Under the pieces are notes generated by a model that saw only the letters and a list, made by a program, of their open reading frames with translations, was not told the DNA's origin and did not search any database. The position numbers and the translations under genes were made by a program. Shown here one piece after another: positions 1 to 11,900 of a stretch of 64,000 nt of DNA. This DNA comes from Macrostomum lignano. Lineage: Eukaryota. The stretch lies in assembly GCA_002269645.1 (NCBI GenBank), contig NIVC01002718.1, positions 82,995 through 146,994 of the forward strand, written 5' to 3'. The first letter of the stretch is position 1, and every line of letters begins with the position of its first letter.

Positions 1-89
1 CCCCACTGGCGCCGCTGCCCGCGTCGGCTCTGGACGCCGCCTTCTCGTTGCCAGAGCAGCGGCCGGGAGGGGCCGGACAGCAGAAATGA

Positions 90-1022
90 TGGTGGACACT
101 GCAGAGATGGTAGTGGACACTGCAGAGATGGTAGTGGACACTGCAGAGATGGTAGTGGACACTGCAGAGATGGCAGTGGACACTGCAGAGATGGCAGTGG
201 ACACTGCAGAGATGGCAGTGGACACTGCAGAGATGGCAGTGGACACTGCAGAGATGGTAGTGGACACTGCAGAGATGGTAGTGGACACTGCAGAGATGGC
301 AGTGGACACTGCAGAGATGGTAGTGGACACTGCAGAGATGGTAGTGGACACTGCAGAGATGGTAGTGGACACTGCAGAGATGGTAGTGGACACTGCAGAG
401 ATGGCAGTGGACACTGCAGAGATGGCAGTGGACACTGCAGAGATGGCAGTGGACACTGCAGAGATGGTAGTGGACACTGCAGAGATGGTAGTGGACACTG
501 CAGAGATGGTAGTGGACACTGCAGAGATGGTAGTGGACACTGCAGAGATGGCAGTGGACACTGCAGAGATGGTAGTGGACACTGCAGAGATGGTAGTGGA
601 CACTGCAGAGATGGTAGTGGACACTGCAGAGATGGTAGTGGACACTGCAGAGATGGTAGTGGACACTGCAGAGATGGTAGTGGACACTGCAGAGATGGTA
701 GTGGACACTGCAGAGATGGTAGTGGACACTGCAGAGATGGTAGTGGACACTGCAGAGATGGTAGTGGACACTGCAGAGATGGTAGTGGACACTGCAGAGA
801 TGGTAGTGGACACTGCAGAGATGGTAGTGGACACTGCAGAGATGGTAGTGGACACTGCAGAGATGGTAGTGGACACTGCAGAGATGGTAGTGGACACTGC
901 AGAGATGGTAGTGGACACTGCAGAGATGGTAGTGGACACTGCAGAGATGGCAGTGGACACTGCAGAGATGGTAGTGGACACTGCAGAGATGGTAGTGGAC
1001 ACTGCAGAGATGGCAGTGGACA
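90..1022 (+). repeat. 21-bp minisatellite GTGGACACTGCAGAGATGGTA (about 44 copies)
   Basis: Tandem unit with a T/C variant; produces the spurious VVDTAEM ORF. Confidence 0.97.
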
Positions 1023-1657
1023 CTCTGATAGCATTCATCAGCAAATATTCAGGGGTGAAGCATATGATTTTATTTCAATTTTATTTATTTATCTTTTATC
1101 TGAAATGCATACTGTTATTCACAGTGTATTTTTCCCGGTGTATGGCGTTATTTAAATTCATATTGATGTATTTATAAAATTGTATTGTTGAAAGTAAAAG
1201 TGCTGTCTTTGAGTTTTTTCAGCTAGTACCTGTATAAATAATTTGAATATGCTTCACTTACTACTGCTACAGTCATTCCAATCTGATGCCAAGTCAATCT
1301 GACATTATCACCTCATTTTTTGTTTCTTTATATACAATAAAAATATAATTATTGAGCTTAGCGAGTTTTATATTTAAGTTAAAAAGTTGCAACTTCAACT
1401 AATTTGGTGTAAGAGAAAGCATTGCTTGAAAATTGAATCTGCTTCTGCTTTTAGCTTCAAATTAAAGTTTGTGTGCCATCTAAAACGGTTCAATTTGCTT
1501 AAGCATTTTTAAAATTTCCTCTGCTGACTTGACTGTCTTTAACTGTTTAAAATTGTAAATCTTGTTCTCCAGGTTTCGAATGTTTAATTTGTATTTTTTA
1601 AGGTTTCATATCTCCTAAATTTAGTACTTACCCACTGAGGAATCTAGGAGGCCAGGG

Positions 1658-1719
1658 TCTGTCTGTCTGTCCGTCTGTCTGGCTGGGTGCCTGTCCGTCT
1701 GTCTGTCTGTCTGTCTGTG

Positions 1720-1783
<64 letters not shown>

Positions 1784-1809
1784 CGTCCGTCCGTCTGTCT
1801 GTCTGTCTA

Positions 1810-1860
<51 letters not shown>

Positions 1861-1866
1861 ATGTAT
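1658..1866 (+). repeat. (TCTG)n microsatellite
   Basis: Directly visible. Confidence 0.95.
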
Positions 1867-1888
1867 GTATCTGAGACTATCAGTTATG

Positions 1889-2928
1889 CCAGGGGGATCA
1901 GGGAGGCCAGAGGGGGTCAGAGAGGCCAGAGGGATCAGAGAGGCCAGGGGGATCAGGGAGGCCAGAGGGGGTCAGAGAGGCCAGAGGGATCAGAGAGGCC
2001 AGGGGAGATCAGGGAGGCCAGGGGGATCAGGGAGGCCAGGAGGATCAAGGAGGCCAGGGGGATCAGGGAGGCCAGAGGGGGTCAGAGAGGCCAGGAGGAT
2101 CAGGAAGGCCAGGGGGGTCAGGGAGGCCAGGAGGATCAGGAAGGCCAGGGGGGATCAGGGAGGCCAGAGGGGGTCAGAGAGGCCAGGGGGGATCAGGGAG
2201 GCCAGGAGGATCAGGGAGGCCAGAGGGATCAGAGAGGCCAGAGAGGATCAGAGAGGCCAGAGAGGATCAGAGAGGCCAGGGCGATCAGGGAGGCCAGGGC
2301 GATCAGGGAGGCCAGGGGGATCAGGGAGGCCAGAGGGATCAGAGAGGCCAGGGCGATCAGGGAGGCCAGGAGGATCAGGAAGGCCAGGGGGATCAGGGAG
2401 GCCAGAGGGGGTCAGAGAGGCCAGGGGGATCAGGGAGGCCAGGAGGATCAGGAAGGCCAGGGGGGATCAGGGAGGCCAGAGGGGGTCAGAGAGGCCAGGA
2501 GGATCAGGGAGGCCAGAGGGATCAGAGAGGCCAGAGAGGATCAGAGAGGCCAGGGCGATCAGGGAGGCCAGGGCGATCAGGGAGGCCAGGGGGATCAGGG
2601 AGGCCAGAGGGATCAGGGAGGCCAGGGGGATCAGGGAGGCCAGAGGGATCAGGGAGGCCAGGGGGATCAGGGAGGCCAGAGGGATCAGAGAGGCCAGGAG
2701 GATCAGGGAGGCCAGAGGGATCAGAGAGGCCAGAGAGGATCAGAGAGGCCAGGGCGATCAGGGAGGCCAGGGCGATCAGGGAGGCCAGGGGGATCAGGGA
2801 GGCCAGAGGGATCAGGGAGGCCAGGGGGATCAGGGAGGCCAGAGGGGGGTTCAGAGAGGCCAGAGAGGATCAGGGAGGATCAGGGAGGCCAGGGGGATCA
2901 GGGAGGCCAGGAGGATCAGAGAGGCCAG
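1889..2928 (+). repeat. Degenerate 9/18-bp purine-rich minisatellite (GGATCAGGGAGGCCAGGG-like)
   Basis: Directly visible; lies upstream of the MIER exon. Confidence 0.93.
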
Positions 2929-2986
2929 AAGTGGCACATTCACAGTTCAGGCTCCAGTTTCCAGCAGCGCCTCATCCCCGCCATTC

Positions 2987-4162
2987 ATGCCAGTCTCCAC
3001 GTCGCCAAGCCCAACCAGCCCCGCCGGCGAGCATCAGCTGAGGCCGCGCCAGCGCCGCCAAGCCGCAGCGGCCTCTGGTGCAGCTACAGCCTCCGAGCCG
3101 GCGGTACGCGAGGACAGCGAGCAGAACAGCGGCGCCGAGGAGGACGGCGGCGGCGGCGAGCTGATGGACGAGGTTGTCAGCGACGCCAGCGCGCAGGACG
3201 AAGACGTCAGCGACGAAGAGGAGGAGGGCGAGCTGGTGGTGGACGCCGAGGCCGCCGCCTACGGAGAAGACGAGGATGGGGAAGAGAGCGGCGGCGGCGG
3301 GGAGGAGGGAGATGAGGAGGAGGACGGCAGTTCGAACGAGGCCGGGAACGGCCTGGGCGGGGGGGCTGATGGCGAAGACGAAGATGAAATCGAAGATGCT
3401 GAGGATGAGGAAGAGGAGGATGAGGAAGCAGCAGACGAAGCCGGTCAGCGTCGCCAAGGCGCAGCCGCCCCGTCGTCGCCCTTGACAACGCCGGCAGCAT
3501 CTGGCGGCGGCGTTGCCTGGCGTCGGGAGCCGCGCGTGGGCGCCGAATTCCAGGCTGCCGATTTGCCAGCGCCGAGCGCCAGGCAGGCCGCGGAGCCGCA
3601 GCCGGTGGACAGCCGTGCCGTCCTCCTGTGGGACCCCGGCCGCCTGCCAGAACCCGACGTTGTTGATTACCTTCGCCGAGCGCAGCCGGGCGTCAGCTTC
3701 CCGGCCGGCCGGGCCATCCCGGACAGCGAGCGCTGGCTGTTCGAGCTGCAGGCCTGCGGCTACTCGGCCACCGAGGCCCTCATGCGGGCCCGCGTCCGGC
3801 CGGACCTGCCGTGCCCGGACGTGCTGGCCATGTGGCCATCGGACGATGTTGATGCGTTCGAGAACGGCCTGCTGCACTACGGCAAGAATTTCTGGCTGGT
3901 GCAGTCGGAGCGGCTGCGCTGCCGGCCGGTTGGCCAGCTGGTGCATTTCTACTACCTGTGGAAGAAAACCGCCAGGCACGACGCTTTTGCCAGCCGTTTC
4001 CGGAGCCTCTGCCGGGCGGGCGGCGGCGGCGGTCACGGACAGCAGCAGCGGCAGCAGGCCACGGCGGCTGCTGCAGCGGCAACATCAGCTCCCAGGCCGC
4101 ATTCTCTTCTAGCTTCCTCACCGCCGCATCACCTGACCCAGCAGTACGCGGCCCGCAATTAG
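2987..4162 (+). CDS. MIER: MIER-family ELM2-SANT transcriptional corepressor (start may lie further upstream through splicing)
   Basis: Acidic N-terminal region, then ELM2 (WRREPRVGAEFQAADLP...LLWDPGRLPEPDVVDYL...FELQACGYSATEAL) and SANT (WPSDDVDAFENGLLHYGKNFWLVQSERLRCRPVGQLVHFYYLWKKT). This layout matches MIER1/2/3. ATG at 2987 is in frame with ORF 1865..4162, whose upstream part is repeat. Confidence 0.88.
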   Translation: MPVSTSPSPTSPAGEHQLRPRQRRQAAAASGAATASEPAVREDSEQNSGAEEDGGGGELMDEVVSDASAQDEDVSDEEEEGELVVDAEAAAYGEDEDGEESGGGGEEGDEEEDGSSNEAGNGLGGGADGEDEDEIEDAEDEEEEDEEAADEAGQRRQGAAAPSSPLTTPAASGGGVAWRREPRVGAEFQAADLPAPSARQAAEPQPVDSRAVLLWDPGRLPEPDVVDYLRRAQPGVSFPAGRAIPDSERWLFELQACGYSATEALMRARVRPDLPCPDVLAMWPSDDVDAFENGLLHYGKNFWLVQSERLRCRPVGQLVHFYYLWKKTARHDAFASRFRSLCRAGGGGGHGQQQRQQATAAAAAATSAPRPHSLLASSPPHHLTQQYAARN

Positions 4163-4231
4163 TTGTCCTGTGATCTGTACTTTTTTTGTTGCTGAGTGTA
4201 CAGTGAGATGCCTTCACGCTGTCCCACACCC

Positions 4232-4692
4232 CACCCACACCTGATCCTTCAGGCTGTCCCTCACCCCACCCACACCTGATCCTTCAGGCTGTCCCTCACC
4301 CCACCCACACCTGATCCTTCAGGCTGTCCCACACCCCACTCACACCTGATCCTTCAGGCTGTCCCACATCCCACCCACACCTGATCCTTCAGGCTGTCCC
4401 ACACCTGATCCTTCAGGCTGTCCCTCACCCCACCCACACCTGATCCTTCAGGCTGTCCCACACCCCACCCACACCTGATCCTTCAGGCTGTCCCTCACCC
4501 CACCCACACCTGATCTTTCAGGCTGTCCCTCACCCCACCCACACCTGATCCTTCAGGCTGTCCCACACCCCACCTACACCTGATCCTTCAGGCTGTCCCT
4601 CACCCCACCCACACCTGATCCTTCAGGCTGTCCCACACCTGATTCGCCGATCCTTCAGGCTGTCCCACAGCTGATTCGCCGATCCTTCAGTC
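4232..4692 (+). repeat. 35-bp minisatellite CTGATCCTTCAGGCTGTCCCTCACCCCACCCACAC
   Basis: Tandem copies with occasional deletions. Confidence 0.93.
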
Positions 4693-5931
4693 TGTCAAGA
4701 ACTCTTTAACCAGAGATCTTTGACTTTACCTTTACTTCTTTTTTAATAGTTTTAATTTTTAAGTTTCAAGCCGCGTTTTGCCATGGTTACAGAATTGTTT
4801 TGATCGGCAAGGCTACATGTTCGGCATTGCTTATGTCCGTTGTTAAAAATTCATGCCCGCATTATGCTACTAACGCAAGTATAAATAGCAAATTTCGTCT
4901 GCATGTATAAAGTAGATAATATTACCTGACTGTCCTGACACTGAGTTTGTTTTAATCGTTTATCAATTTGTTAATGAAATTTTGCTTTTCATCTTTGTAT
5001 CAAAAATCATTTGAAAATACACACCCTGTGTTTGAGATTAAAGTGTCTGTAACTGTGCCGAAAATCTACGACAACTTTTATTGGTGTTGTGGTTTTGCTA
5101 GTTTATTTCGACTTGCGTCACTGGGCTTAGCTGCTACGGGTATTGAAAAGCACAGCAATATGAGATGCACTTTAGGCGAGAGAAGGGAATATTCAAAAAT
5201 AAAACTATCAAACACAGAAAATTGAAGCTCGAAAACTGATTGAAGCAGATGCAGTCTGTTCTAGTAAAGGGAGAGACGAGCAACTTCTTTGCCTCGAGTT
5301 GTCTGTCTGTGCGAGTTAGTGGGCTGGCTACACAGCTGCATAGAGATTGGAATGTTCTGGTATCAAGGGCTTCTATTATAGACCTTGTTAGCAACACAGA
5401 TACTAAAATAACCAGATGGGCCACTCAGGCATACTTAGTAAAACAGCTTTCTACTTTAAGTTCAGTAGCAAAGAAGAATACATAAGCTATTTTATAAAAA
5501 TAAACGCGGCTGAAATGACTTTGATAAGTTAAGCAACCCAAGCTTGCAGGCGTAAACAGCTTGCTAATTAGTTCAGCAATAATGTACATTGGCCGCCGAA
5601 ATGTACATGGCAGATTTTAGACTGGAACAGCTAGCTAAACTAGTCGGTTCGGTGTGGAGTTCGAGGATTTAAGCTTGGGGAGCCAATAAATAAGCCTAAT
5701 TGTCTTAAAAATACATTAAAATGCTTCTGTTTAACTTACTACTGAACTGAAAGTAGCTCGCACGCTAATTTGCTAAGTGGCCCATCTAGTTATTCTAGTA
5801 TCTGTGGTTAGCAATTGTCTTATAGAAGCTTAAACTACAGATGTACTTTACTTAATCCAGGTAAAATTCTGGGGCAGCAGACATGCGCAGGCACTTGATT
5901 CATTTGAATTGGCGCCCGGTGCGCCTGTCTC

Positions 5932-8900
5932 TCAGCAGTTGTATTCGCAGAGGAACTCCTGGCAGAAGGCGTACACCAGGAATGCTACGTAGGTGCAGAA
6001 GAATGAGACACCGATTATCTTGCCCAGTCGGAACTTGGCAATGCTGATCACGGTGAACGCGAGCACGAGCAGGATGATCAGGATCACGCCGAACTTCACA
6101 TGCGGAATGAAGTTCATGTGACCTTCGCAGTAGCTTCTCTGCAATTCGGGCGATTTGGGGAAGTTTGGCCTCTGCTAAGCTCTTTTCGGTGTCTCGTATC
6201 CTAGCTCTCGTGTTTCCTTTCCGGTGCTATCCTCCCGGTGCTTCCTTTCCGGTGTTATACTCCCGGTGTTTCCTTTCCGGTGTTATACTCCCGGTGTTTC
6301 CTTTCCGGTGTTATCCTCCCGGTGTTTTCTTTCCGGTGTTATCCTCCCGGTGTTTCCTTTCCGGTGTTTCCTTTCCGGTGTTATCCTCCCGGTGTTTCCT
6401 TTCCGGTGTTTCCTTTCCGGTGTTATCACTCCGGTGTTTTATTCGGGTGTTATCCTCCCGGTGTTTCCTTTCCATTTCTCTCCTCCCGGTTTATCCTTTC
6501 TGGTGTTATCCTCCCACGGTGTTTCCTTTCCGGTGTAATTCAGGTATTTATTTTTCTGGTGTTACCCCCTAGCATATTTTCTAAGCTTTTTTACTGATAT
6601 TTTCTTCTTGGTGTTTTCCGTCTATCCGTCCGGAAAATATGTTTTTTGGCGTTTTCCTCCCTCTGTCTAGATCTTAAGTTTCCTAATTTTCCTCCATACT
6701 TTATCCTTCCCTGTGCTTCCCTTCCGGAGTTTTTTCTCTCGCTGTTTTAATTCCGGTGCTCTCCTACCCACTTAAGAGTCAAATTTCGCTCACCCTCTCG
6801 TCATCGCTGAACATGTCCAGCGGCTCAATTTTGTTGATGCACAGCCGGATAAAGAAGGGCAGGCCGAGGCCCATGTTGATGTCGAAAACGTTGGACCCGA
6901 TAGCGTTCGACACGGCCATGTCGCCGAATCCGTCTCGGGCCACGATGATGGAGCTGAGCAGGTCCTGGGAGAGGAACGGGGTAGATCCGCTTCCTGCTTG
7001 CTATTGTATACACCTTCACTCCACTCCGTCACTCTGGACTACTGTCACTCTATCCTGTCACTCTCGACTAACTGTCACTACCTCCCGTCACTCTGGACTA
7101 CTGTCACTCTATCCTGTCACTCTGGACTAACTGTCACTACCTCCCGTCACTCTGGACTGCTGTCACTCTATCCTGTCACTCTGGACTAACTGTCACTACC
7201 TCCCGTCACTCTGGACTACTGTCACTCTATCCTGTCACTCTGGACTAACTGTCACTACCTCCCGTCACTCTGGACTACTGTTACTCTATCCTGTCACTCT
7301 GGACTAACTGTCACTACCTCCCGTCACTCTGGACTGCTGTCACTCTATCCTGTCACTCTGGACTAACTGTCACTACCTCCCGTCACTCTGGACTGCTGTC
7401 ACTCTATCCTGTCACTCTGGACTAACTGTCACTACCTCCCGTCACTCTGGACTGCTGTCACTTTATCCTGTCACTCTGGACTAACTGTCACTCCACCCCG
7501 TCAATCTGGACTGCTGTCACTCCACCCCGTCACTCTGGACTACTGTCACTCCACCCCGTCACTCTGGACTGCTGTCACTCTATCCTGTCACTCTGGACTA
7601 CTGTCACTCCACCCCGTCACTCTGGACTACTGTCACTCTATCCTGTCACTCTGGACTACTGTCACTCTATCCTGTCACTCTGGACTACTTTAACTACCTC
7701 CCGTCACTCTGGACTGCTGTCACTCTATCCTGTCACTCTGGACTAACTGTCACTCCACCCCGTCCCTCTTGACTATCCCGTCACTCTACATAATCACTCC
7801 ACCCTGTCACTCCGCGCAACCCCGTAACTCACCGGAACGCTGGTTCCCGCTGCCAGCACAACCAACGACATCACGAAAGTGTCGACGCCCAGCAGGCAGC
7901 CCAAGCGAGCAACCACGGTGACCATGCCAAAGGAAAGCGCGGCGATCCACAGCACAGAGATCAAGAAGCTGACTATGAAGAATTTCCTGTCAGGACATGG
8001 ATTCAAATCTTGTAAAAATCGAATTGAAATTTGGTCACAGAAAAGCATGTTGGTGAAATTCTGGTCAGAGATAGTCGGGGGCATCAAACTGATAAAAACT
8101 GGTTGCCAAGGATGCTAAAATAGTTGCCGGGGGGGGGGGAAACAGGCTGTCCAGTTCGCTAAACTGGTTGCCTGCAACATGAGGTCGCTAGATTTGCTTG
8201 ACTGGTTTCCAGGGTCCCTAAACTGGTTGCTAGGGCTCTCAAACTTGGTGTCAGAAACGCTACAGCCCTGAGTGCCAGTGCGGGCGGGGCGGCTCACTTG
8301 AGGTGCTCCTTGGAACACTCGGGAACAGTCCAGCTGAAGAGGCACAGGAACGGGAACGCCAGCACAAAGACGATCCACTTCAGCACGTAGATGGCCCACT
8401 TGGCAGCCGTCATTGTCTCCGATTTCTTCGGCGGGGCGCCCCGGATGTCCGGGCAGCAGGCGCAGCAGGCGCAGCACGGAATCCTCGCGTCGTCGTCATC
8501 ATCATCGTCGTTCTCGCCTTCGCCTTCTCCATTGCCGTCGGCATCGTCGTCTTCGCTGGTTTGCTGGCTGCCTGGCTTTTTCTTCTTCTTCGTGTTGTCG
8601 TTTCCATTGGCAACGGCCCAGTCACCTCCGTTGCTGTTGGCGCCTGTGGAGTCTTCTTCTTTTAGCGTGGCCTGAAAGGTTCATAGTGAAAGCCAGTGTA
8701 CAGTGCTGGCAGTGTGGGGGTGCACTTCTGGTCCGTACAGTCTTCATTGTTGGTGAAGTGTCTGTTTGGTGAAGTGTCAGGTTGGTGAAGTGTCTGGTTG
8801 GTGAAGTGTCTGGTTGGTGAAGTGTCTAGTTGGTGAAGTGTCTAGTTGGTGAAGTGTCTGTTTGGTGAAGTGTCTGTTTGGTGAAGTGTCTGTTTGGTGA

Positions 8901-11900
8901 AGTGTCTGGTTGGTGAAGTGTCTGGTTGGTGAAGTGTCTGGTTGGTGAAGTGTCTGTTTGGTGAAGTGTCTGATTGGTGAAGTGTCAGGTTGGTGAAGTG
9001 TCTGGTTGGTGAAGTGTCTGGTTGGTGAAGTGTCTAGTTGGTGAAGTGTCTGGTTGGTGAAGTGTCTGGTTGGTGAAGTGTCTAGTTGGTGAAGTGTCTA
9101 GTTGGTGAAGTGTCTGGTTGGTGAAGTGTCTGGTTGGTGAAGTGTCTGGTTGGTGAAGTGTCTGGTTGGTGAAGTGTCTGGTTGGTGAAGTGTCTGGTTG
9201 GTGAAGTGTCGGTTTGTGAAGTTTGCGTTAAACCTCTGCTTAACTTGCATGGCAACCCCAGGTAAAGATTGCACAGAGTTAGAAGCGCACTTATTACAAT
9301 TAGTTTGGCAAGCCAGACATGAAATTAAGCAATTAGCATTTTGCTAAAATTGGCAACCTCCACTGGTCGCTTGCTGAGACGGCGCTGCTGTTGCTGCTGC
9401 AGTTGCGGCTGCTGCAGGTGGATCGGCGGCAGGGTGCTCAGCGGCAGTTGCTGCTGTTGCTGCAAGGTCGCCAGCATGGTGGACTCAGCGCTCAGCGGCG
9501 GCAGCGAGTGCCGACTCACCAGAGCTGGGCGATGCCTGCCGCCGGGTTCAGCAGCAGCGGGCGCCTCATCCTCGGCCTCGCCGCTTGGCAGCCCCTTCCG
9601 CCGCGGCCGCTCCCGCTGGTCGTCCGAAGAGCTGCTGTCGCCGGCAGCAGGCTCGGTCGATTCGGCCGAGGAAGGCCGGCAGGAGCCGCTGCCAACTCCG
9701 ACGCCGCTGTCGCGACGAACTGACTGTTTTGAAGCTGCCGCTGCAGCCTGTTAGTTTAAGGAGTTAAAATTCGCTACTCTCTACTAATATGTTAAAGTAA
9801 GTAGTATATACCGGTGTTATTACTAAAGTTTGCTATTTTAGAGCACGCGATTATTTTAGCAGTGTTAATTATGCTGTCAAGCGAAATTCAGTTTTTGGTT
9901 AGCCTCTCTCGTTGGCTCACTGTGGAACTATCGAAGTCCTGAAAGTTGAATTTGACTTCGTGCGTGCCCAGGTCAACATCTGCTGACTGCTTCTCCTCGG
10001 GAATGATGCAGGCCTCCGTCTTCAAGTCGTGCTGCAAGACGGGCTTTTGTATTCTGTTTATTGGCTCTTGGGGGCACGATGTACTTTTTCAGGGATGCGA
10101 AATCTGTCGGCTGATGGAAGCAGAGAGATAGCGGGCGGGGTGAGGTGACGGTAGAATGAATGTACAGTGCTAATGTACATTGGGGGGGTAGGAAAACAAG
10201 TGAAAGGGGGCCAATAAACAGCGGAAGGGGTGTCTGCGAGGAGATAACGATGCCTAATGATCCGGAGCAAAGTTATACCGGTGGAGGCTTAACTAGATTG
10301 ACCTAGTTAAAGGGCGCAGATTTCGCAGTTTTTTTAGTTCACCGAAGTCACGCGCCACATGAGCGCTATAAAGTGCAGGCGAGAATTAGTGGAAATGAAA
10401 ATTCAATGTAGCTACTCTGTGTGAAAGCAGATACAAATTCTTTGTTCTTATCGTTTTCTAATTAATTTTTTTCTTACAAATACGAGTAGATTATACTAGC
10501 AATTCATTCTAATCCTTTATCCATGATGCTGGCTAGATTAGCAATCCATTCTAATCCATCATTCATGATGCTGGCTAGATTAGCAATCCATTCTAATCCT
10601 TCATCCATGATGCAGGATAGATTAGCAATCCATTCTATTCCTTCATCTATGATGCAGGCTAGATTAGCAATCCATTCTAATCCTTCATCCATGATGCAGG
10701 CTAGATTAGCAATCCATTCTAATCCTTCATCCATGATGCAGGCTAGATTAGCAATCCATTCTATTCCTTCATCCATGATGCAGGCTAGATTAGCAATCCA
10801 TTCTAATCCATCATCCATGATGCAGGCTAGATTAGCAATCCATCATCCATGATGCAGGCTAGATTAGCAATCCATTCTAATCCTTCATCCATGATGCTGG
10901 CTAGATTAGCAATCCATTCTAATCCTTCATCCATGATGCAGTCTAGATTAGCAATCCATTCTATTCCTTCATCCATGATGCTGGCTAGATTAGCAATCCA
11001 TTCTAATTCTTTATCCATGATTTTGGCTAGATTAGCAATCCATTCTAATCCTTTATCCATGATTTTGGCTAGATTAGCAATCCATTCTAATCCTTTATCC
11101 ATGATTTTGGCTAGATTAGCAATCCATTCTATTCCTTCATCCATGATTTTGGCTAGATTAGCAATCCATTCTAATCCTTCATCCATGATTTTGGCTAGAT
11201 TAGCAATCCATTCTAATCCATCATCCATGATGCTGGCTAGATTAGCAATCCATTCTAATCCTTCATCCATGATGCAGGCTAGATTAGCAATCCATTCTAA
11301 TCCATCATCCATGATGCTGGCTAGATTAGCAATCCATTCTAATCCTTCATCCATGATGCAGGCTAGATTAGCAATCCATTCTAATCCATCATCCATGATG
11401 CTGGCTAGATTAGCAATCCATTCTATTCCTTCGCTGAGGTTTCCAAACTCCGGCGCCAATCCCAACGCGAAGACTCGAACCCGGGCCCTCACCGTGGACT
11501 GTCCAACGCTCTCCCGCCGCTCGGTGCGCAGTCCGGATGGCGAGCTGTGCAGGTTCAGCAGCACGGAGTTCCTGCGGTCGTGCCGGAAGTGCCGCCTCTC
11601 CTGGCTGTGAACGCTGGAGGCTGACATCACGGAGGCCTGCGGGACGGATGGAGCCAGCGGCAACTGAGCGCTACCGTAGCTCTCAGACGTCTCACCTGAC
11701 TACTGATACCAGCCTAAGTCTGTAGTCATCTTGAACACGAGCTGTCTTCCACCCCAGTCTCTCCCGCTGTATCCCGAATCCCACAGTCTGACCCGCCATC
11801 TCCTCCACTCCAACCTGTAGTCTCACCCGCTGTCTTCCCCTCCCGCCATGTAATTTCACCCGCCGTCTTCCCCTCCCCGCCATGCAGTCTCACCCGCCGT

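Noticed and set aside
3-89. Possible last codons of an upstream gene (PLAPLPASALDAAFSLPEQRPGGAGQQK*)
   Set aside because: Too short and cut by the window edge to assign.
86-1177. 363-aa VVDTAEM repeat ORF
   Set aside because: It is the translation of a 21-bp minisatellite running into AT-rich sequence, with no domain or other coding evidence.
1687-2986. Long N-terminal extensions of the MIER ORFs
   Set aside because: They derive from microsatellite and minisatellite sequence that is open in several frames.
2972-4238. Antisense and alternative-frame ORFs over MIER
   Set aside because: Shadow ORFs of a GC-rich exon.
11470-11490. GGTTCGAGTC B-box-like motif on the minus strand
   Set aside because: No accompanying tRNA cloverleaf or A-box could be built.
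10504-11610. [14 protein letters not shown] and [14 protein letters not shown] repeat proteins
   Set aside because: Translations of the 42-bp intronic array; the real exon ends at the GTGAGG donor at 11492.
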